Positions 1-13,742 of a DNA stretch of 64,000 nt are shown in pieces. Position numbers and translations under genes: made by a program. Below the pieces are notes generated by a model. The model was not told the DNA's origin and ran no database searches. It saw only the letters and a list, made by a program, of their open reading frames with translations. Numbering within the stretch: position 1 is the stretch's first letter; each line of letters opens with the position of its first letter. Origin of the DNA: Escherichia coli (GTDB taxonomy: Bacteria; Pseudomonadota; Gammaproteobacteria; Enterobacterales; Enterobacteriaceae); NCBI RefSeq assembly GCF_003334785.1, contig NZ_QOWV01000002.1; one strand, 5' to 3'.

Positions 1-602
1 TCATCGGTTTAATTGGCGCTGGCGGTAAGCTCTCGCAAAATCGGCTTTCGGGGCTGATTTTCGAAGGGTACACCACGCTGATTCGTGGCGTGCCGGACTT
101 AGTGTTGATGCTGCTGATTTTCTACGGTTTGCAGATTGCGCTAAACACGGTGACGGAGGCGATGGGCGTCGGGCAGATTGATATCGATCCGATGGTCGCT
201 GGTATTATCACTCTCGGTTTTATCTACGGTGCTTATTTTACCGAAACGTTCCGTGGTGCTTTTATGGCAGTGCCGAAAGGACATATAGAGGCGGCGACGG
301 CGTTCGGTTTTACTCGTGGGCAAGTGTTTCGGCGGATCATGTTTCCGTCGATGATGCGTTACGCCCTGCCAGGCATTGGCAACAACTGGCAGGTGATCCT
401 CAAATCTACCGCACTGGTTTCGTTACTCGGCCTGGAAGATGTGGTCAAAGCCACCCAACTGGCAGGCAAAAGTACCTGGGAACCGTTCTATTTCGCCATC
501 GTCTGTGGCGTGATTTACCTGGTTTTCACCACTGTTTCCAATGGTGTGCTGCTGTTCCTTGAGCGCCGCTACTCCGTGGGTGTGAAGAGGGCTGACCTGT
601 GA
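1..602 (+). CDS. hisQ: Histidine ABC transporter permease HisQ, 5'-truncated at window edge (C-terminal ~200 aa present)
   Basis: Reading frame open from position 3; translation IGLIGAGGKLSQNRLSGLIFEGYTTLIRGVPDLVLMLL... recognised as HisQ; stop at 600-602 overlaps hisM start (ATGA-type overlap). Confidence 0.93.
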   Translation, partial: IGLIGAGGKLSQNRLSGLIFEGYTTLIRGVPDLVLMLLIFYGLQIALNTVTEAMGVGQIDIDPMVAGIITLGFIYGAYFTETFRGAFMAVPKGHIEAATAFGFTRGQVFRRIMFPSMMRYALPGIGNNWQVILKSTALVSLLGLEDVVKATQLAGKSTWEPFYFAIVCGVIYLVFTTVSNGVLLFLERRYSVGVKRADL

Positions 603-1315
603 TCGAAATCTTACATGAATACTGGAAACCGCTGCTGTGGACCGACGGTTATCGCTTTACTGGTGTGGCGATCACTCTGTGGCTGCTTATTTTGTCGGTA
701 GTGATAGGCGGAGTCCTGGCGCTGTTTCTGGCGATTGGTCGTGTCTCCAGTAATAAATACATCCAGTTTCCAATCTGGTTATTTACCTATATTTTTCGCG
801 GTACGCCGCTGTATGTTCAGTTGCTGGTGTTCTATTCCGGCATGTACACGCTTGAGATTGTTAAGGGAACCGAATTCCTTAACGCTTTCTTCCGCAGTGG
901 CCTGAACTGTACCGTGCTGGCGCTGACGCTTAACACCTGCGCTTACACTACCGAGATTTTTGCTGGGGCAATCCGTTCGGTTCCGCATGGGGAAATTGAA
1001 GCCGCCAGAGCCTATGGCTTCTCGACTTTTAAAATGTATCGCTGCATTATTTTGCCTTCTGCGCTGCGTATTGCGTTACCGGCATACAGCAACGAAGTGA
1101 TCCTGATGCTGCACTCTACTGCGTTGGCATTTACTGCCACGGTGCCGGATCTGCTGAAAATAGCCCGCGATATTAACGCCGCCACGTATCAACCTTTTAC
1201 CGCCTTCGGCATTGCCGCGGTGCTCTATTTAATCATCTCTTATGTCCTGATCAGCCTCTTTCGCAGAGCGGAAAAACGCTGGTTGCAGCATGTGAAACCT
1301 TCTTCAACGCACTGA
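599..1315 (+). CDS. hisM: Histidine ABC transporter permease HisM (238 aa)
   Basis: ORF 599..1315; polar amino-acid permease sequence; position between hisQ and hisP. Confidence 0.94.
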   Translation: MIEILHEYWKPLLWTDGYRFTGVAITLWLLILSVVIGGVLALFLAIGRVSSNKYIQFPIWLFTYIFRGTPLYVQLLVFYSGMYTLEIVKGTEFLNAFFRSGLNCTVLALTLNTCAYTTEIFAGAIRSVPHGEIEAARAYGFSTFKMYRCIILPSALRIALPAYSNEVILMLHSTALAFTATVPDLLKIARDINAATYQPFTAFGIAAVLYLIISYVLISLFRRAEKRWLQHVKPSSTH

Positions 1316-1322
1316 GAATACG

Positions 1323-2096
1323 ATGTCCGAGAATAAATTAAACGTTATCGATTTGCACAAACGCTACGGCGAACATGAAGTGCTGAAAGGGGTATCACTG
1401 CAAGCGAATGCCGGAGATGTAATAAGCATCATCGGATCGTCGGGATCGGGGAAAAGTACCTTTCTGCGCTGCATTAACTTCCTCGAAAAACCGAGTGAAG
1501 GGTCGATCGTGGTCAATGGCCAGACGATCAATCTGGTGCGCGACAAAGACGGTCAACTCAAAGTCGCCGATAAAAATCAACTGCGCTTACTGCGCACACG
1601 CCTGACGATGGTATTCCAGCACTTCAATCTCTGGAGCCATATGACGGTGCTGGAAAACGTCATGGAAGCGCCGATTCAGGTGTTGGGCCTGAGCAAGCAG
1701 GAAGCGCGCGAGCGGGCGGTGAAGTATCTGGCAAAAGTCGGGATAGACGAACGTGCGCAGGGGAAATATCCGGTGCATCTTTCCGGCGGTCAGCAACAGC
1801 GTGTTTCTATCGCGCGGGCGCTGGCGATGGAACCGGAAGTTTTACTGTTTGATGAACCTACCTCGGCGCTCGATCCTGAACTGGTAGGCGAAGTGTTGCG
1901 TATTATGCAGCAACTGGCAGAAGAGGGGAAAACCATGGTGGTAGTGACTCACGAAATGGGCTTTGCTCGCCATGTTTCTACTCATGTCATTTTCCTCCAT
2001 CAGGGGAAAATAGAAGAAGAGGGCGCGCCGGAGCAGTTATTTGGCAACCCGCAAAGCCCTCGTCTGCAACGGTTCCTTAAGGGATCGCTGAAATAA
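1323..2096 (+). CDS. hisP: Histidine ABC transporter ATP-binding protein HisP (257 aa)
   Basis: Walker [13 protein letters not shown] signature LSGGQQQR, Walker [12 protein letters not shown] in translation. Confidence 0.96.
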
Positions 2097-2292
2097 TTTC
2101 CTCTCCGGTGGCTAACGCTGCCGGAGTATTTTCATGGGGAATTTGCGAGTCAGCTTCCGCTGAAATGTAAAAGTTACAGTCCGCTAAAAATACTTCTGAA
2201 TTCGCTGTCCAAAGATAAAAACTGCCTGCTGCATTGGGTGTTAATCGTGGTTATTGTCGCGTCATCTTAAATTTGAGGGGTGACGGAACGCC

Positions 2293-3183
2293 ATGACAAT
2301 ATCGACAACTTCCACGCCGCATGATGCGGTATTTAAATCTTTTTTACGCCATCCAGACACCGCGCGGGATTTTATTGATATTCATCTTCCCGCGCCGCTG
2401 CGCAAACTGTGTGATTTAACGACGCTTAAACTGGAACCAAACAGTTTTATTGATGAAGACCTGCGGCAATATTATTCCGACCTCTTGTGGTCTGTGAAAA
2501 CGCAGGAGGGAGTGGGTTATATTTATGTAGTGATAGAGCACCAAAGTAAGCCGGAAGAATTAATGGCTTTTCGCATGATGCGTTATTCCATTGCGGCAAT
2601 GCAAAACCATCTTGATGCGGGCTATAAAGAGCTTCCATTGGTGCTCCCGATGCTGTTTTATCATGGTTGCAGAAGTCCTTATCCTTATTCACTCTGCTGG
2701 CTTGATGAATTTGCCGAGCCTGCTATAGCCCGCAAAATATATTCATCGGCTTTTCCGTTGGTGGATATTACCGTGGTGCCGGATGACGAGATTATGCAAC
2801 ACCGCAAAATGGCGCTGTTGGAGTTAATTCAGAAACATATTCGTCAGCGCGATCTGTTGGGATTAGTCGACCAAATTGTTTCGCTGCTAGTTACAGGGAA
2901 CACTAATGACAGACAGCTAAAAGCCCTGTTTAATTACGTATTACAAACAGGGGATGCCCAGCGTTTTCGTGCATTTATTGGTGAGATAGCGGAACGCGCA
3001 CCACAAGAAAAGGAGAAACTGATGACCATTGCTGACAGATTACGTGAAGAAGGCGCAATGCAGGGCAAACACGAAGAAGCCCTGCGTATTGCTCAGGAGA
3101 TGCTGGATAGAGGTTTAGACAGAGAGTTAGTTATGATGGTGACCCGACTTTCACCAGACGATCTTATCGCGCAAAGCCACTAA
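2293..3183 (+). CDS. rpnB: Rpn-family recombination-promoting nuclease / PD-(D/E)XK transposase_31-like protein (296 aa)
   Basis: ORF 2293..3183; N-terminus [28 protein letters not shown] typical of YhgA/Rpn family; known yfcI position next to hisP. Confidence 0.88.
3022..3183 (+). CDS. Candidate intragenic small protein (53 aa) from internal in-frame start at 3' end of rpnB (RpnS-like)
   Basis: In-frame ATG at 3022 preceded by AAGGAG (3010-3015) with 6-nt spacer; would encode [53 protein letters not shown]. Confidence 0.4.
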
Positions 3184-3230
3184 TCCTGTAACACCGGGAG
3201 TTAACTGGCGGATGTTTGCTGTAAACCACA

Positions 3231-4124
3231 TCAGCGAACGACATCCGCCAGCGCCTCTTCTAAATCGTACCAGCGAAACGCAAAACCCGCTTCTTCCAGC
3301 CGTTTAGGCAGCGCGCGTTGTCCACCTAATACCAGTACTGAAGATTCGCCCATTAACAGTCGAATGGCGGTCGCGGGGACGCGCAAAATGGCCGGGCGAT
3401 GCAGCGCATGACCGAGCGCATGGGCAAATTGTTCATTGCGTACCGGGTAGGGCGAAACCATATTAAATGGCCCGCGCAGCTCGTTATCCAGCAGCCAGAG
3501 AATACCGTTGACCATATCATCAATATGAATCCAGGCCAGATACTGCCGACCAGAGCCAATCGGCCCGCCCAGGCCAAGACGAAACGGCGGCAGCATTTTA
3601 CCGAGAATACCGCCATCCGGTGCCAGCACTACACCGGTACGCAGCAGGCACACTCGCGTTTTGTCACTTTGCGCCCGGCAGGCAATTTCTTCCCAGCGAG
3701 CGCAGAGTTTATGGGTAAATTCGTTATGCGGCGGTTCCTCTTCGGTAACCACCACTTCACCTAAGTCACCATAATAGCCCGTTGCCGAGCCGGAAATGAG
3801 TACCGACGGTGGCGTGTCGCTGGCATTAATCAAATCGACCAGTTTTTGCGTGATATTCCAGCGGCTTTGGCAGAGACGCTCTTTTTGCTCGTGAGTCCAG
3901 CGTTTATCAGCAATCGGTTCTCCGGCCAGGTTGATTACCGCATCAACGCCGTTGAGGTTGCTTTGATCGGCAAGCCCTTGCCATAGTGTCACCCGAGGGC
4001 CGAGAACGGAACTGGCTTTCTGCGGGTTACGCGTCACTACCGTAATTTGATGGCCCAGCTCCAGCAAACGCGGAATCAAATGGCGACCAATTAATCCTGT
4101 CCCTCCGGTGATCACTATGTTCAT
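3231..4124 (-). CDS. yfcH: NAD-dependent epimerase/dehydratase family protein YfcH (297 aa)
   Basis: N-terminal Rossmann motif [16 protein letters not shown]; ORF 3231..4124. Confidence 0.9.
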
Positions 4125-4144
4125 GCAGCCTCCCGATATGGCGA

Positions 4145-4507
4145 TTAACGCTGCCAGCTTAAGGTCATGGATACCGAATCGGCGTAGCGCAGCGCGTGCA
4201 GTTTATCGATCTCCACTTCAGCATACGTCACCCAGTGATGTTCACGTGCGATATCGAGCACATCCTGAGTTAATTTTTCCAGCAAAGAGAAACGGTTATT
4301 CTCTACATGCTGAATAATGTTTTTCGTTACGGTGCGATAATTCAGCGCATCGTTGATATCTTCGCTAGTGCGCGCTTTATCGGCGGGGTAGTGGATCGTC
4401 ACATTGATAACAATATCCTGACGGTTGTTAATTTCTTCTTCCTTAATTCCGATAAACGTACGCAAACGAAGGTTCTTTATACGAATAATAGCGGCAGGTT
4501 GTGCCAT
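4145..4507 (-). CDS. folX: Dihydroneopterin triphosphate 2'-epimerase (120 aa)
   Basis: ORF 4145..4507, 120 aa, recognised FolX sequence and K-12 position. Confidence 0.92.
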
Positions 4508-4563
4508 TGCAGGTTCTCCGTTGTTTTACTTAGGATGAAATAATACACGAGAACCTGTTTCTG

Positions 4564-6040
<1,477 letters not shown>

Positions 6041-6043
6041 TGA

Positions 6044-6598
6044 GTGATGAAACTGATGTTTGCATCGGACATTCATGGGTCGTTACCGGCGACGGAACGT
6101 GTTCTGGAGTTGTTTGCCCAAAGCGGTGCCCAGTGGCTGGTGATCCTTGGCGACGTGTTGAATCACGGCCCGCGTAATGCTTTACCGGAGGGTTACGCGC
6201 CAGCCAAAGTCGCTGAACGGCTTAATGAAGTGGCACATAAGGTTATCGCTGTGCGCGGCAACTGCGACAGCGAAGTGGATCAAATGCTGCTGCATTTCCC
6301 GATAACCGCGCCGTGGCAACAGGTATTACTGGAAAAACAACGTCTGTTTTTGACGCATGGTCATCTTTTTGGCCCGGAAAATCTGCCTGCTTTAAACCAG
6401 AACGATGTGCTGGTGTACGGTCATACCCATCTGCCAGTGGCAGAACAGCGGGGGGAGATTTTCCACTTCAACCCCGGCTCGGTGAGTATTCCGAAAGGCG
6501 GTAATCCGGCGAGTTATGGCATGCTGGATAATGACGTACTTAGTGTAATCGCACTCAATGATCAAAGTATCATTGCGCAGGTCGCGATTAATCCGTAA
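6044..6598 (+). CDS. yfcE: Metallophosphoesterase (phosphodiesterase) YfcE (184 aa)
   Basis: Calcineurin-like motifs DIHG, GDVLNHGP, GNCD, GHTH in translation. Confidence 0.9.
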   Translation: MMKLMFASDIHGSLPATERVLELFAQSGAQWLVILGDVLNHGPRNALPEGYAPAKVAERLNEVAHKVIAVRGNCDSEVDQMLLHFPITAPWQQVLLEKQRLFLTHGHLFGPENLPALNQNDVLVYGHTHLPVAEQRGEIFHFNPGSVSIPKGGNPASYGMLDNDVLSVIALNDQSIIAQVAINP

Positions 6599-6655
6599 TT
6601 TACCCACAACTCAAAATGCGCCGTAAGAGCGCCAGAAAAAGAAGGTTTCCTGATA

Positions 6656-7198
6656 ATGGAACAGCGTCGTTTGGCAAGTACTGAATGGGTGGATATTGTC
6701 AATGAAGAGAACGAAGTCATTGCACAAGCCAGCCGGGAACAAATGCGGGCACAGTGTCTGCGTCATCGTGCAACTTACATCGTCGTGCATGATGGCATGG
6801 GCAAAATTCTGGTCCAGCGTCGTACCGAGACAAAAGACTTTTTACCCGGCATGTTAGATGCGACCGCAGGCGGTGTAGTCCAGGCCGATGAGCAACTGCT
6901 GGAATCCGCGCGTCGCGAAGCGGAAGAAGAGTTGGGCATTGCCGGTGTCCCCTTTGCCGAGCACGGGCAGTTCTATTTCGAAGATAAAAATTGCCGTGTC
7001 TGGGGCGCATTGTTCAGCTGCGTCTCTCACGGTCCCTTCGCACTACAGGAAGATGAAGTCAGTGAAGTTTGCTGGCTGACGCCGGAAGAAATCACCGCAC
7101 GCTGCGATGAGTTCACTCCAGACTCGCTGAAAGCGCTAGCGTTGTGGATGAAGCGCAATGCCAAAAATGAAGCCGTAGAGACTGAAACGGCAGAATGA
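6656..7198 (+). CDS. yfcD: Nudix hydrolase YfcD (180 aa)
   Basis: Nudix-box-like REAEEELG motif; ORF 6656..7198. Confidence 0.88.
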
Positions 7199-7200
7199 AA

Positions 7201-7231
7201 AAAGAGCCGCAATTGCGGCTCTTAACATTTT
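7201..7231. terminator. Bidirectional rho-independent terminator between convergent yfcD and yfcC
   Basis: GC-rich hairpin AGAGCCGCAA/TTGCGGCTCT flanked by an A-tract upstream and T-rich stretch downstream. Confidence 0.75.
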
Positions 7232-8751
7232 TAGTGGTAGCCCATCAACTGAGCGCCGATCACTACGACGCTGGACATAATAAACAGCAGTCCAAGTAGG
7301 GTCGCGCCCACCTTCAGCCAGTTACGGAAGTCCACCCTGCACACACCGAGCGTTGCCATTAACGACGCTGAGGTTGGGTAAATGATGTGACTGAAGCCAT
7401 CACCAAACTGGAACGCCAGCACGGTAACCTGACGGTTAACACCGACCAGATCGCCAAGCGGTGCCAGTAACGGCATGGTTAACGCCGCCTGACCAGAACC
7501 GGACGTCACGAAGAAATTAAATACCGCCTGGAAGAGCAACATAAACCAGGCCGCGACCGCGTTGTCCAGACCGCTAATGGCATTGGCAATGCTGTTGAGG
7601 ATGGTATTTAACACGCTGGCATCACCCGCTTCACCATTACCGACCAGCAGCAAAATCCCTTTGGCGAAACCCACCAGCAGGGCAGGGGCGATCATCATTC
7701 GCGCCCCTTCGGTAAAGGATGAAGCCATGGTATTAACCGTCATGCCGTTAAGGCGGAAAACAACGCCGATGATGCCAATCACCAGACCCATGGTGAAGAA
7801 CTGGCTGGCAATTTCTGGAATAAACCAGGCATTAACGATCACGCCCCAAATCACCCAGACCATTACGGCGGTCAGGACAATCAATACCAGCCAGTCACCA
7901 AAGGTAAACGGACGTTGTTCAACATCAGCCTGCTTTTCACGAAAGAAGCGGTCGGACTCATGCACGCGTGACAGAAGAGGATTCTTTTTCACTCGTGAGG
8001 CGTACACCATGGTAAAGATCAGGCCAATCAGAGTGGCGATAACCCACACCACGATGCGCAACCCGGAGCCAGAAAGCACCGGAACGCCGGCAATCCCCTG
8101 AGCAACGACCACACAAAACGGGTTCATCCACGAACTGGCAAAACCGATTTGCGTGGCAATATAGGTCACCAGGACGGTGGTAATACTGTCATAGCCCAGC
8201 CGGACCATTAGCGGTGCGATGATAATGGCAAAGGCGACGGCCTCTTCTCCCATACCAAATACCGCGCCGCCAAGTGAAAACAGAATAAACAGCGCAGGAA
8301 TAAAGAGAATTTCATTCCCGCGGGTATGGCGAATAAGCGCCAGGATACCGTTATCAATGGTTCCTGTACGCATCACAATGCCAAACGCGCCGCCAATCAC
8401 CAGCATAAACATGATGATGCCAACGGCTGTCCCGTATTTCGATCCTGAGGTTAATCCTTCAAACGGGAAGTTCATCAGGCCCGGGCGTTCATCGCCCGTC
8501 GTGAACAGCTGTACGCGGTGATACTCAGGTTCGCCTGCTTCGTTAGTCAGAATGCGAAATGAGTGTGGATCTACGACTTTGCGTGTTTTTGTTTGACCAT
8601 CAACCTGATACTGCACTTCCTGACTGTCAAACATCCCCACCGGAACTACCCAGGTGGCAAGGCTGGTTAAAATAGCAACAAAAAAGATAATCACCAACGT
8701 ATCGGGCATTGCCCATCTTCTTGTTGGTTTGGATTCAGTGATTGCGGACAT
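7231..8751 (-). CDS. yfcC: Putative inner-membrane transporter YfcC (C4-dicarboxylate anaerobic carrier-like family)
   Basis: Long hydrophobic ORF 7231..8772; start placed at internal Met (MSAITESKPTRRW...) giving ~506 aa; start uncertain by 21 nt. Confidence 0.85.
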   Translation of the reverse strand: MSAITESKPTRRWAMPDTLVIIFFVAILTSLATWVVPVGMFDSQEVQYQVDGQTKTRKVVDPHSFRILTNEAGEPEYHRVQLFTTGDERPGLMNFPFEGLTSGSKYGTAVGIIMFMLVIGGAFGIVMRTGTIDNGILALIRHTRGNEILFIPALFILFSLGGAVFGMGEEAVAFAIIIAPLMVRLGYDSITTVLVTYIATQIGFASSWMNPFCVVVAQGIAGVPVLSGSGLRIVVWVIATLIGLIFTMVYASRVKKNPLLSRVHESDRFFREKQADVEQRPFTFGDWLVLIVLTAVMVWVIWGVIVNAWFIPEIASQFFTMGLVIGIIGVVFRLNGMTVNTMASSFTEGARMMIAPALLVGFAKGILLLVGNGEAGDASVLNTILNSIANAISGLDNAVAAWFMLLFQAVFNFFVTSGSGQAALTMPLLAPLGDLVGVNRQVTVLAFQFGDGFSHIIYPTSASLMATLGVCRVDFRNWLKVGATLLGLLFIMSSVVVIGAQLMGYH

Positions 8752-8871
8752 AGCGCAAATATTCCCTTGCACAAAACAAAGTGGTAAGTATGCAAAGTGG
8801 GATGGCGCAATTCATTGATGCAGCGCAGTTAAGCAAGATAATCAGAAAGGATTAATGCAAATTAAGAGAAT

Positions 8872-8900
8872 AAAAAACCGGAAATAGTGATTATTTCCGG
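8872..8900 (-). terminator. Rho-independent terminator downstream of pta
   Basis: Hairpin CCGGAAATA-gtga-TTATTTCCGG; on the minus strand it is followed by a U-tract (plus-strand AAAAAA at 8872-8877). Confidence 0.75.
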
Positions 8901-8940
8901 TTCAGATATCCGCAGCGCAAAGCTGCGGATGATGACGAGA

Positions 8941-11085
8941 TTACTGCTGCTGTGCAGACTGAATCGCAGTCAGCGCGATGGTGTAGACGATATCGTCAAC
9001 CAGTGCGCCACGGGAAAGGTCGTTAACCGGCTTGCGCATACCCTGCAGCATCGGCCCGATGGAGATCAGGTCGGCAGAACGCTGTACCGCTTTGTAGGTG
9101 GTGTTACCGGTGTTCAGATCCGGGAAGATGAACACGGTAGCGCGACCTGCAACCGGAGAGTTCGGCGCTTTGGATTTCGCAACGTCAGCCATTACCGCAG
9201 CGTCGTACTGCAGCGGACCGTCGATCATCAGGTCAGGACGTTTTTCCTGCGCCAGACGAGTTGCTTCGCGAACTTTTTCTACGTCGCTACCTGCACCAGA
9301 AGTACCGGTGGAGTAGGAGAGCATAGCAACGCGCGGTTCGATACCGAAGGCCGCAGCGGAATCAGCGGACTGAATCGCGATTTCTGCCAGCTGTTCAGCG
9401 GTCGGATCCGGGTTGATCGCACAGTCACCGTAAACGTAAACCTGTTCCGGCAGCAGCATGAAGAACACGGAAGATACCAGGGAGCTGCCCGGTGCAGTTT
9501 TGATCAGCTGCAGCGGCGGACGGATGGTGTTTGCGGTAGTGTGAACAGCACCGGAAACCAGACCATCAACTTCATCCTGTTCCAGCATCAGCGTACCGAG
9601 CACCACGTTGTCTTCCAGCTGTTCGCGGGCAACGGTTTCGGTCATGCCTTTGTTCTTACGCAGTTCGACCAGACGACCAACATAGCTTTCGCGAACCACT
9701 TCTGGATCAACGATTTCAATCCCTGCACCCAGTTCTACACCCTGAGACGCTGCAACACGGTTGATCTCTGCCGGATTACCCAGCAGTACGCAAGTTGCGA
9801 TACCACGTTCAGCACAGATAGCGGCTGCTTTAACGGTACGCGGTTCGTCACCTTCCGGCAGTACGATACGTTTGCCCGCTTTGCGCGCAAGTTCAGTCAG
9901 CTGATAACGGAACGCAGGCGGAGACAGACGACGGCTGCGCTCAGAAGTGGCAGTCAGAGATTCGATCCAGTCAGCGTTGATGTAGTTAGCAACGTATTCC
10001 TGAACTTTCTCGATACGTTCGTGATCGTCAACCGGAACTTCCAGGTTGAAGCTCTGCAGGCTCAGAGAGGTCTGCCAGGTGTTGGTGTTCACCATAAATA
10101 CCGGCAGGCCGGTAGCGAAAGCACGTTCGCACAGTTTAGAAATGCGCGCGTCCATTTCGTAACCGCCAGTCAGCAGCAGGGCACCGATTTCTACGCCGTT
10201 CATGGCTGCCAGGCAAGCGGCCACCAGCACGTCAGGACGGTCTGCGGAAGTCACCAGCAGAGAACCGGCACGGAAGTGCTCCAGCATGTGCGGAATGCTG
10301 CGTGCGCAGAAAGTGACGGATTTAACGCGGCGAGTATTGATGTCGCCTTCGTTGATGATGGTCGCATTCAGGTGGCGAGCCATATCGATCGCACGAGTCG
10401 CGATCAGGTCAAAGCTCCACGGCACAGCGCCGAGAACCGGCAGCGGGCTGGATTCTTGCAGCTTCGCCGGATCAACATTGTTTACTTTAGCTTTGGAAGA
10501 GTCGTCGAAAATCTCGGACAGATCCGGGCGAGTACGACCCTGTTCATCAACCGGTGCGTTCAGTTTGTTAACGATAACGCCGGTGATGTTGGTGTTTTTG
10601 GCACCGCCGAAGCTGTTGCGGGTCAGTTCGATACGCTCTTTCAGCTGTTCCGGGGTGTCAGTGCCCTGAGACATAACGAAGACGATTTCCGCATTCAGCG
10701 TTTTAGCGATTTCGTAGTTCAGAGACTGGGCAAACTGGTGCTTACGTGTCGGGACCAGACCTTCAACCAGAACGACTTCAGCGTCTTTGGTGTTAGCGTG
10801 GTAGTTTGCGACGATCTCTTCCATCAGCACATCTTTCTGATTGCTGGAAAGCAGACCTTCAACGTAGCTCATTTTCAGCGGTTCAGCGGCCGTCGTGGTG
10901 GAAGAGTTCGCACGCACGATAGTCGTAGTCTGATCGGGCGCATCGCCACCGGTACGCGGCTGAGCGATAGGTTTGAAAACGCTCAGACGAACGCCTTTGC
11001 GTTCCATTGCACGGATCACGCCAAGGCTGACGCTGGTCAGACCGACGCTGGTTCCGGTAGGGATCAGCATAATAATACGGGACAC
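8941..11085 (-). CDS. pta: Phosphate acetyltransferase (714 aa)
   Basis: ORF 8941..11085; recognised Pta sequence ([23 protein letters not shown]...); upstream of ackA in the ackA-pta operon. Confidence 0.97.
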
Positions 11086-11159
11086 GGTTTATCCTCTTTC
11101 GTTACCGCCGATTTGGCGGGTTACAAAACAGCACCGCCAGCTGAGCTGGCGGTGTGAAA

Positions 11160-12362
11160 TCAGGCAGTCAGGCGGCTCGCGTCTTGCGCGATAACCAGTT
11201 CTTCGTTGGTTGGGATAACCACCGCAGGACGGGTACCTTCTTTGTTGATGAAACCAGATTTGCCGAAACGTGCAGCCAGGTTGCGTTCATGATCAACTTC
11301 AAAGCCCAGCACGCCCAGTTTGCCCAGAGACAGTTCACGAACCATTGCGGCATTTTCACCGATACCACCAGTGAATACAACAGCGTCCAGACGACCATCC
11401 ATCAGCGCAGTGTAGGCACCGATGTATTTCGCCAGGCGGTGGCAGTAAACGTCCATTGCGCGCTTCGCGTCTTCTTTCGTCGCGTAGTTGTCTTCAACAT
11501 AGCGGCAGTCGCTGGTCACTTCGGTCAGACCCAGCAGGCCAGACTCTTTGGTCAGCAGTTTGTTGATTGCGTCAACGCTCATGCCCAGGGTGTCGTGCAG
11601 GTGGAAGATGATCGCCGGATCGATATCACCAGAACGGGTACCCATGACCAGACCTTCCAGCGGGGTCAGGCCCATAGAGGTGTCAACGCATTTACCGTTG
11701 CGGATAGCAGAAACGGAACCACCGTTGCCCAGGTGGCAGGTGATGATGTTCAGTTCTTCTACCGGTTTGTTCAGCATTTTTGCCGCTTCCTGGGTTACAT
11801 AGAAGTGGCTGGTGCCGTGCGCGCCGTAACGACGGATGCCGTGCTCTTTGTACAGGTTGTAAGGCAGGGCGTAGAGGTAAGACTCTTCCGGCATAGTCTG
11901 GTGGAACGCGGTGTCAAATACAGCAACGTTTTTGTCTTTCAGCTGTGGGAAAGATTTCAGAGCTTCTTCGATACCGATCAGGTGAGCCGGGTTGTGCAGC
12001 GGTGCAAAAGAAGCTGCATCTTTGATACCCTGAATAACAGACTCATCGATCACTACGGAGCTGGTATACTTTTCGCCGCCGTGTACGATACGGTGACCGA
12101 TAGCAGTCAGCTGCGCAGACAGTTCTGGTTTTTGTGCCAGAATAGTATTAACGATAAAGTTGAGCGCTTCGCTGTGAGCGGCGCCTGCACCTAAAGCCGC
12201 TTCCTGTTTATTGCCGTCCATTTTCCATTTGATACGTGCTTCGGGCAGGTGGAAACATTCGGCTAAACCAGAAAGGTACTCTTCACCATTTACTGCATCG
12301 ATGATGGCAAATTTCAGTGAAGAACTACCGCAGTTCAGAACCAGTACTAACTTACTCGACAT
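11160..12362 (-). CDS. ackA: Acetate kinase (400 aa)
   Basis: ORF 11160..12362; [21 protein letters not shown]-terminus characteristic of acetate kinase. Confidence 0.97.
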   Translation of the reverse strand: MSSKLVLVLNCGSSSLKFAIIDAVNGEEYLSGLAECFHLPEARIKWKMDGNKQEAALGAGAAHSEALNFIVNTILAQKPELSAQLTAIGHRIVHGGEKYTSSVVIDESVIQGIKDAASFAPLHNPAHLIGIEEALKSFPQLKDKNVAVFDTAFHQTMPEESYLYALPYNLYKEHGIRRYGAHGTSHFYVTQEAAKMLNKPVEELNIITCHLGNGGSVSAIRNGKCVDTSMGLTPLEGLVMGTRSGDIDPAIIFHLHDTLGMSVDAINKLLTKESGLLGLTEVTSDCRYVEDNYATKEDAKRAMDVYCHRLAKYIGAYTALMDGRLDAVVFTGGIGENAAMVRELSLGKLGVLGFEVDHERNLAARFGKSGFINKEGTRPAVVIPTNEELVIAQDASRLTA

Positions 12363-12440
12363 GGAAGTACCTATAATTGATACGTGGCTAAAAAAACGTC
12401 AGGGAGCCATAGAGCGTAGCGCATGATGACACCGACATTT

Positions 12441-12454
12441 ATGATTAACATCAT
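12441..12454. promoter_or_regulatory. Candidate FNR/CRP-type palindromic site upstream of ackA
   Basis: aTGAT-TAAC-ATCAt palindrome, about 85 bp upstream of the ackA start codon. Confidence 0.4.
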
Positions 12455-12699
12455 GCACTGCAAATTTTTTTTGCATGATGGAAGAAATATCTTGAGTCTA
12501 TGCCATTTTGCGTAATTTTCAGCCAATGGCATAATGTATATGAATTTGACGACTCAATGAATATGTACTACTTAGGCCTTCAGGCTGCTAAAGGATACCT
12601 GATAGTGGGTATGGAAGACAAAATGTTTTGAACGTTGTCCCGCTGAGTTGTGAATTTGCACAAATTTTTGAATCTTTATATGTGAAGTTGAGGTGAAGC

Positions 12700-13155
12700 A
12701 TGTCAACGCCGGATAATCGTTCTGTTAATTTTTTTAGCTTGTTTCGCCGGGGACAGCATTACTCAAAGACGTGGCCGCTGGAAAAACGCCTTGCCCCGGT
12801 CTTTGTCGAAAATCGCGTTATCAAGATGACGCGTTATGCGATCCGTTTTATGCCGCCGATCGCCGTATTTACTCTCTGCTGGCAGATTGCCCTGGGCGGT
12901 CAGCTTGGGCCGGCAGTTGCCACTGCCCTGTTCGCCTTAAGTTTACCCATGCAGGGATTGTGGTGGCTGGGCAAGCGTTCTGTCACGCCATTACCCCCTG
13001 CAATCCTTAACTGGTTTTATGAAGTTCGCGGTAAATTGCAGGAGTCTGGACAGGTGTTGGCACCCGTTGAAGGCAAGCCTGATTACCAGGCATTAGCTGA
13101 CACGCTTAAGCGCGCCTTCAAACAACTGGATAAAACTTTCCTTGATGATTTGTAA
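12700..13155 (+). CDS. yfbV: UPF0208 inner-membrane protein YfbV (151 aa)
   Basis: ORF 12700..13155, divergent from ackA; followed by hairpin terminator. Confidence 0.85.
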
Positions 13156-13159
13156 TTGA

Positions 13160-13732
<573 letters not shown>

Positions 13733-13742
13733 GGAGGCCCGC

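Noticed and set aside
8887-11157. 756-aa plus-strand ORF antisense to pta, and similar long antisense ORFs at 11154..12194 (ackA), 22245..23687 (nuoC), 25664..26947 (nuoG), 30801..31859 (nuoL)
   Set aside because: They lie entirely within well-recognised genes on the opposite strand and have low-complexity, R/Q/H-rich translations typical of stop-poor antisense frames. I take them as shadow ORFs, not genes.
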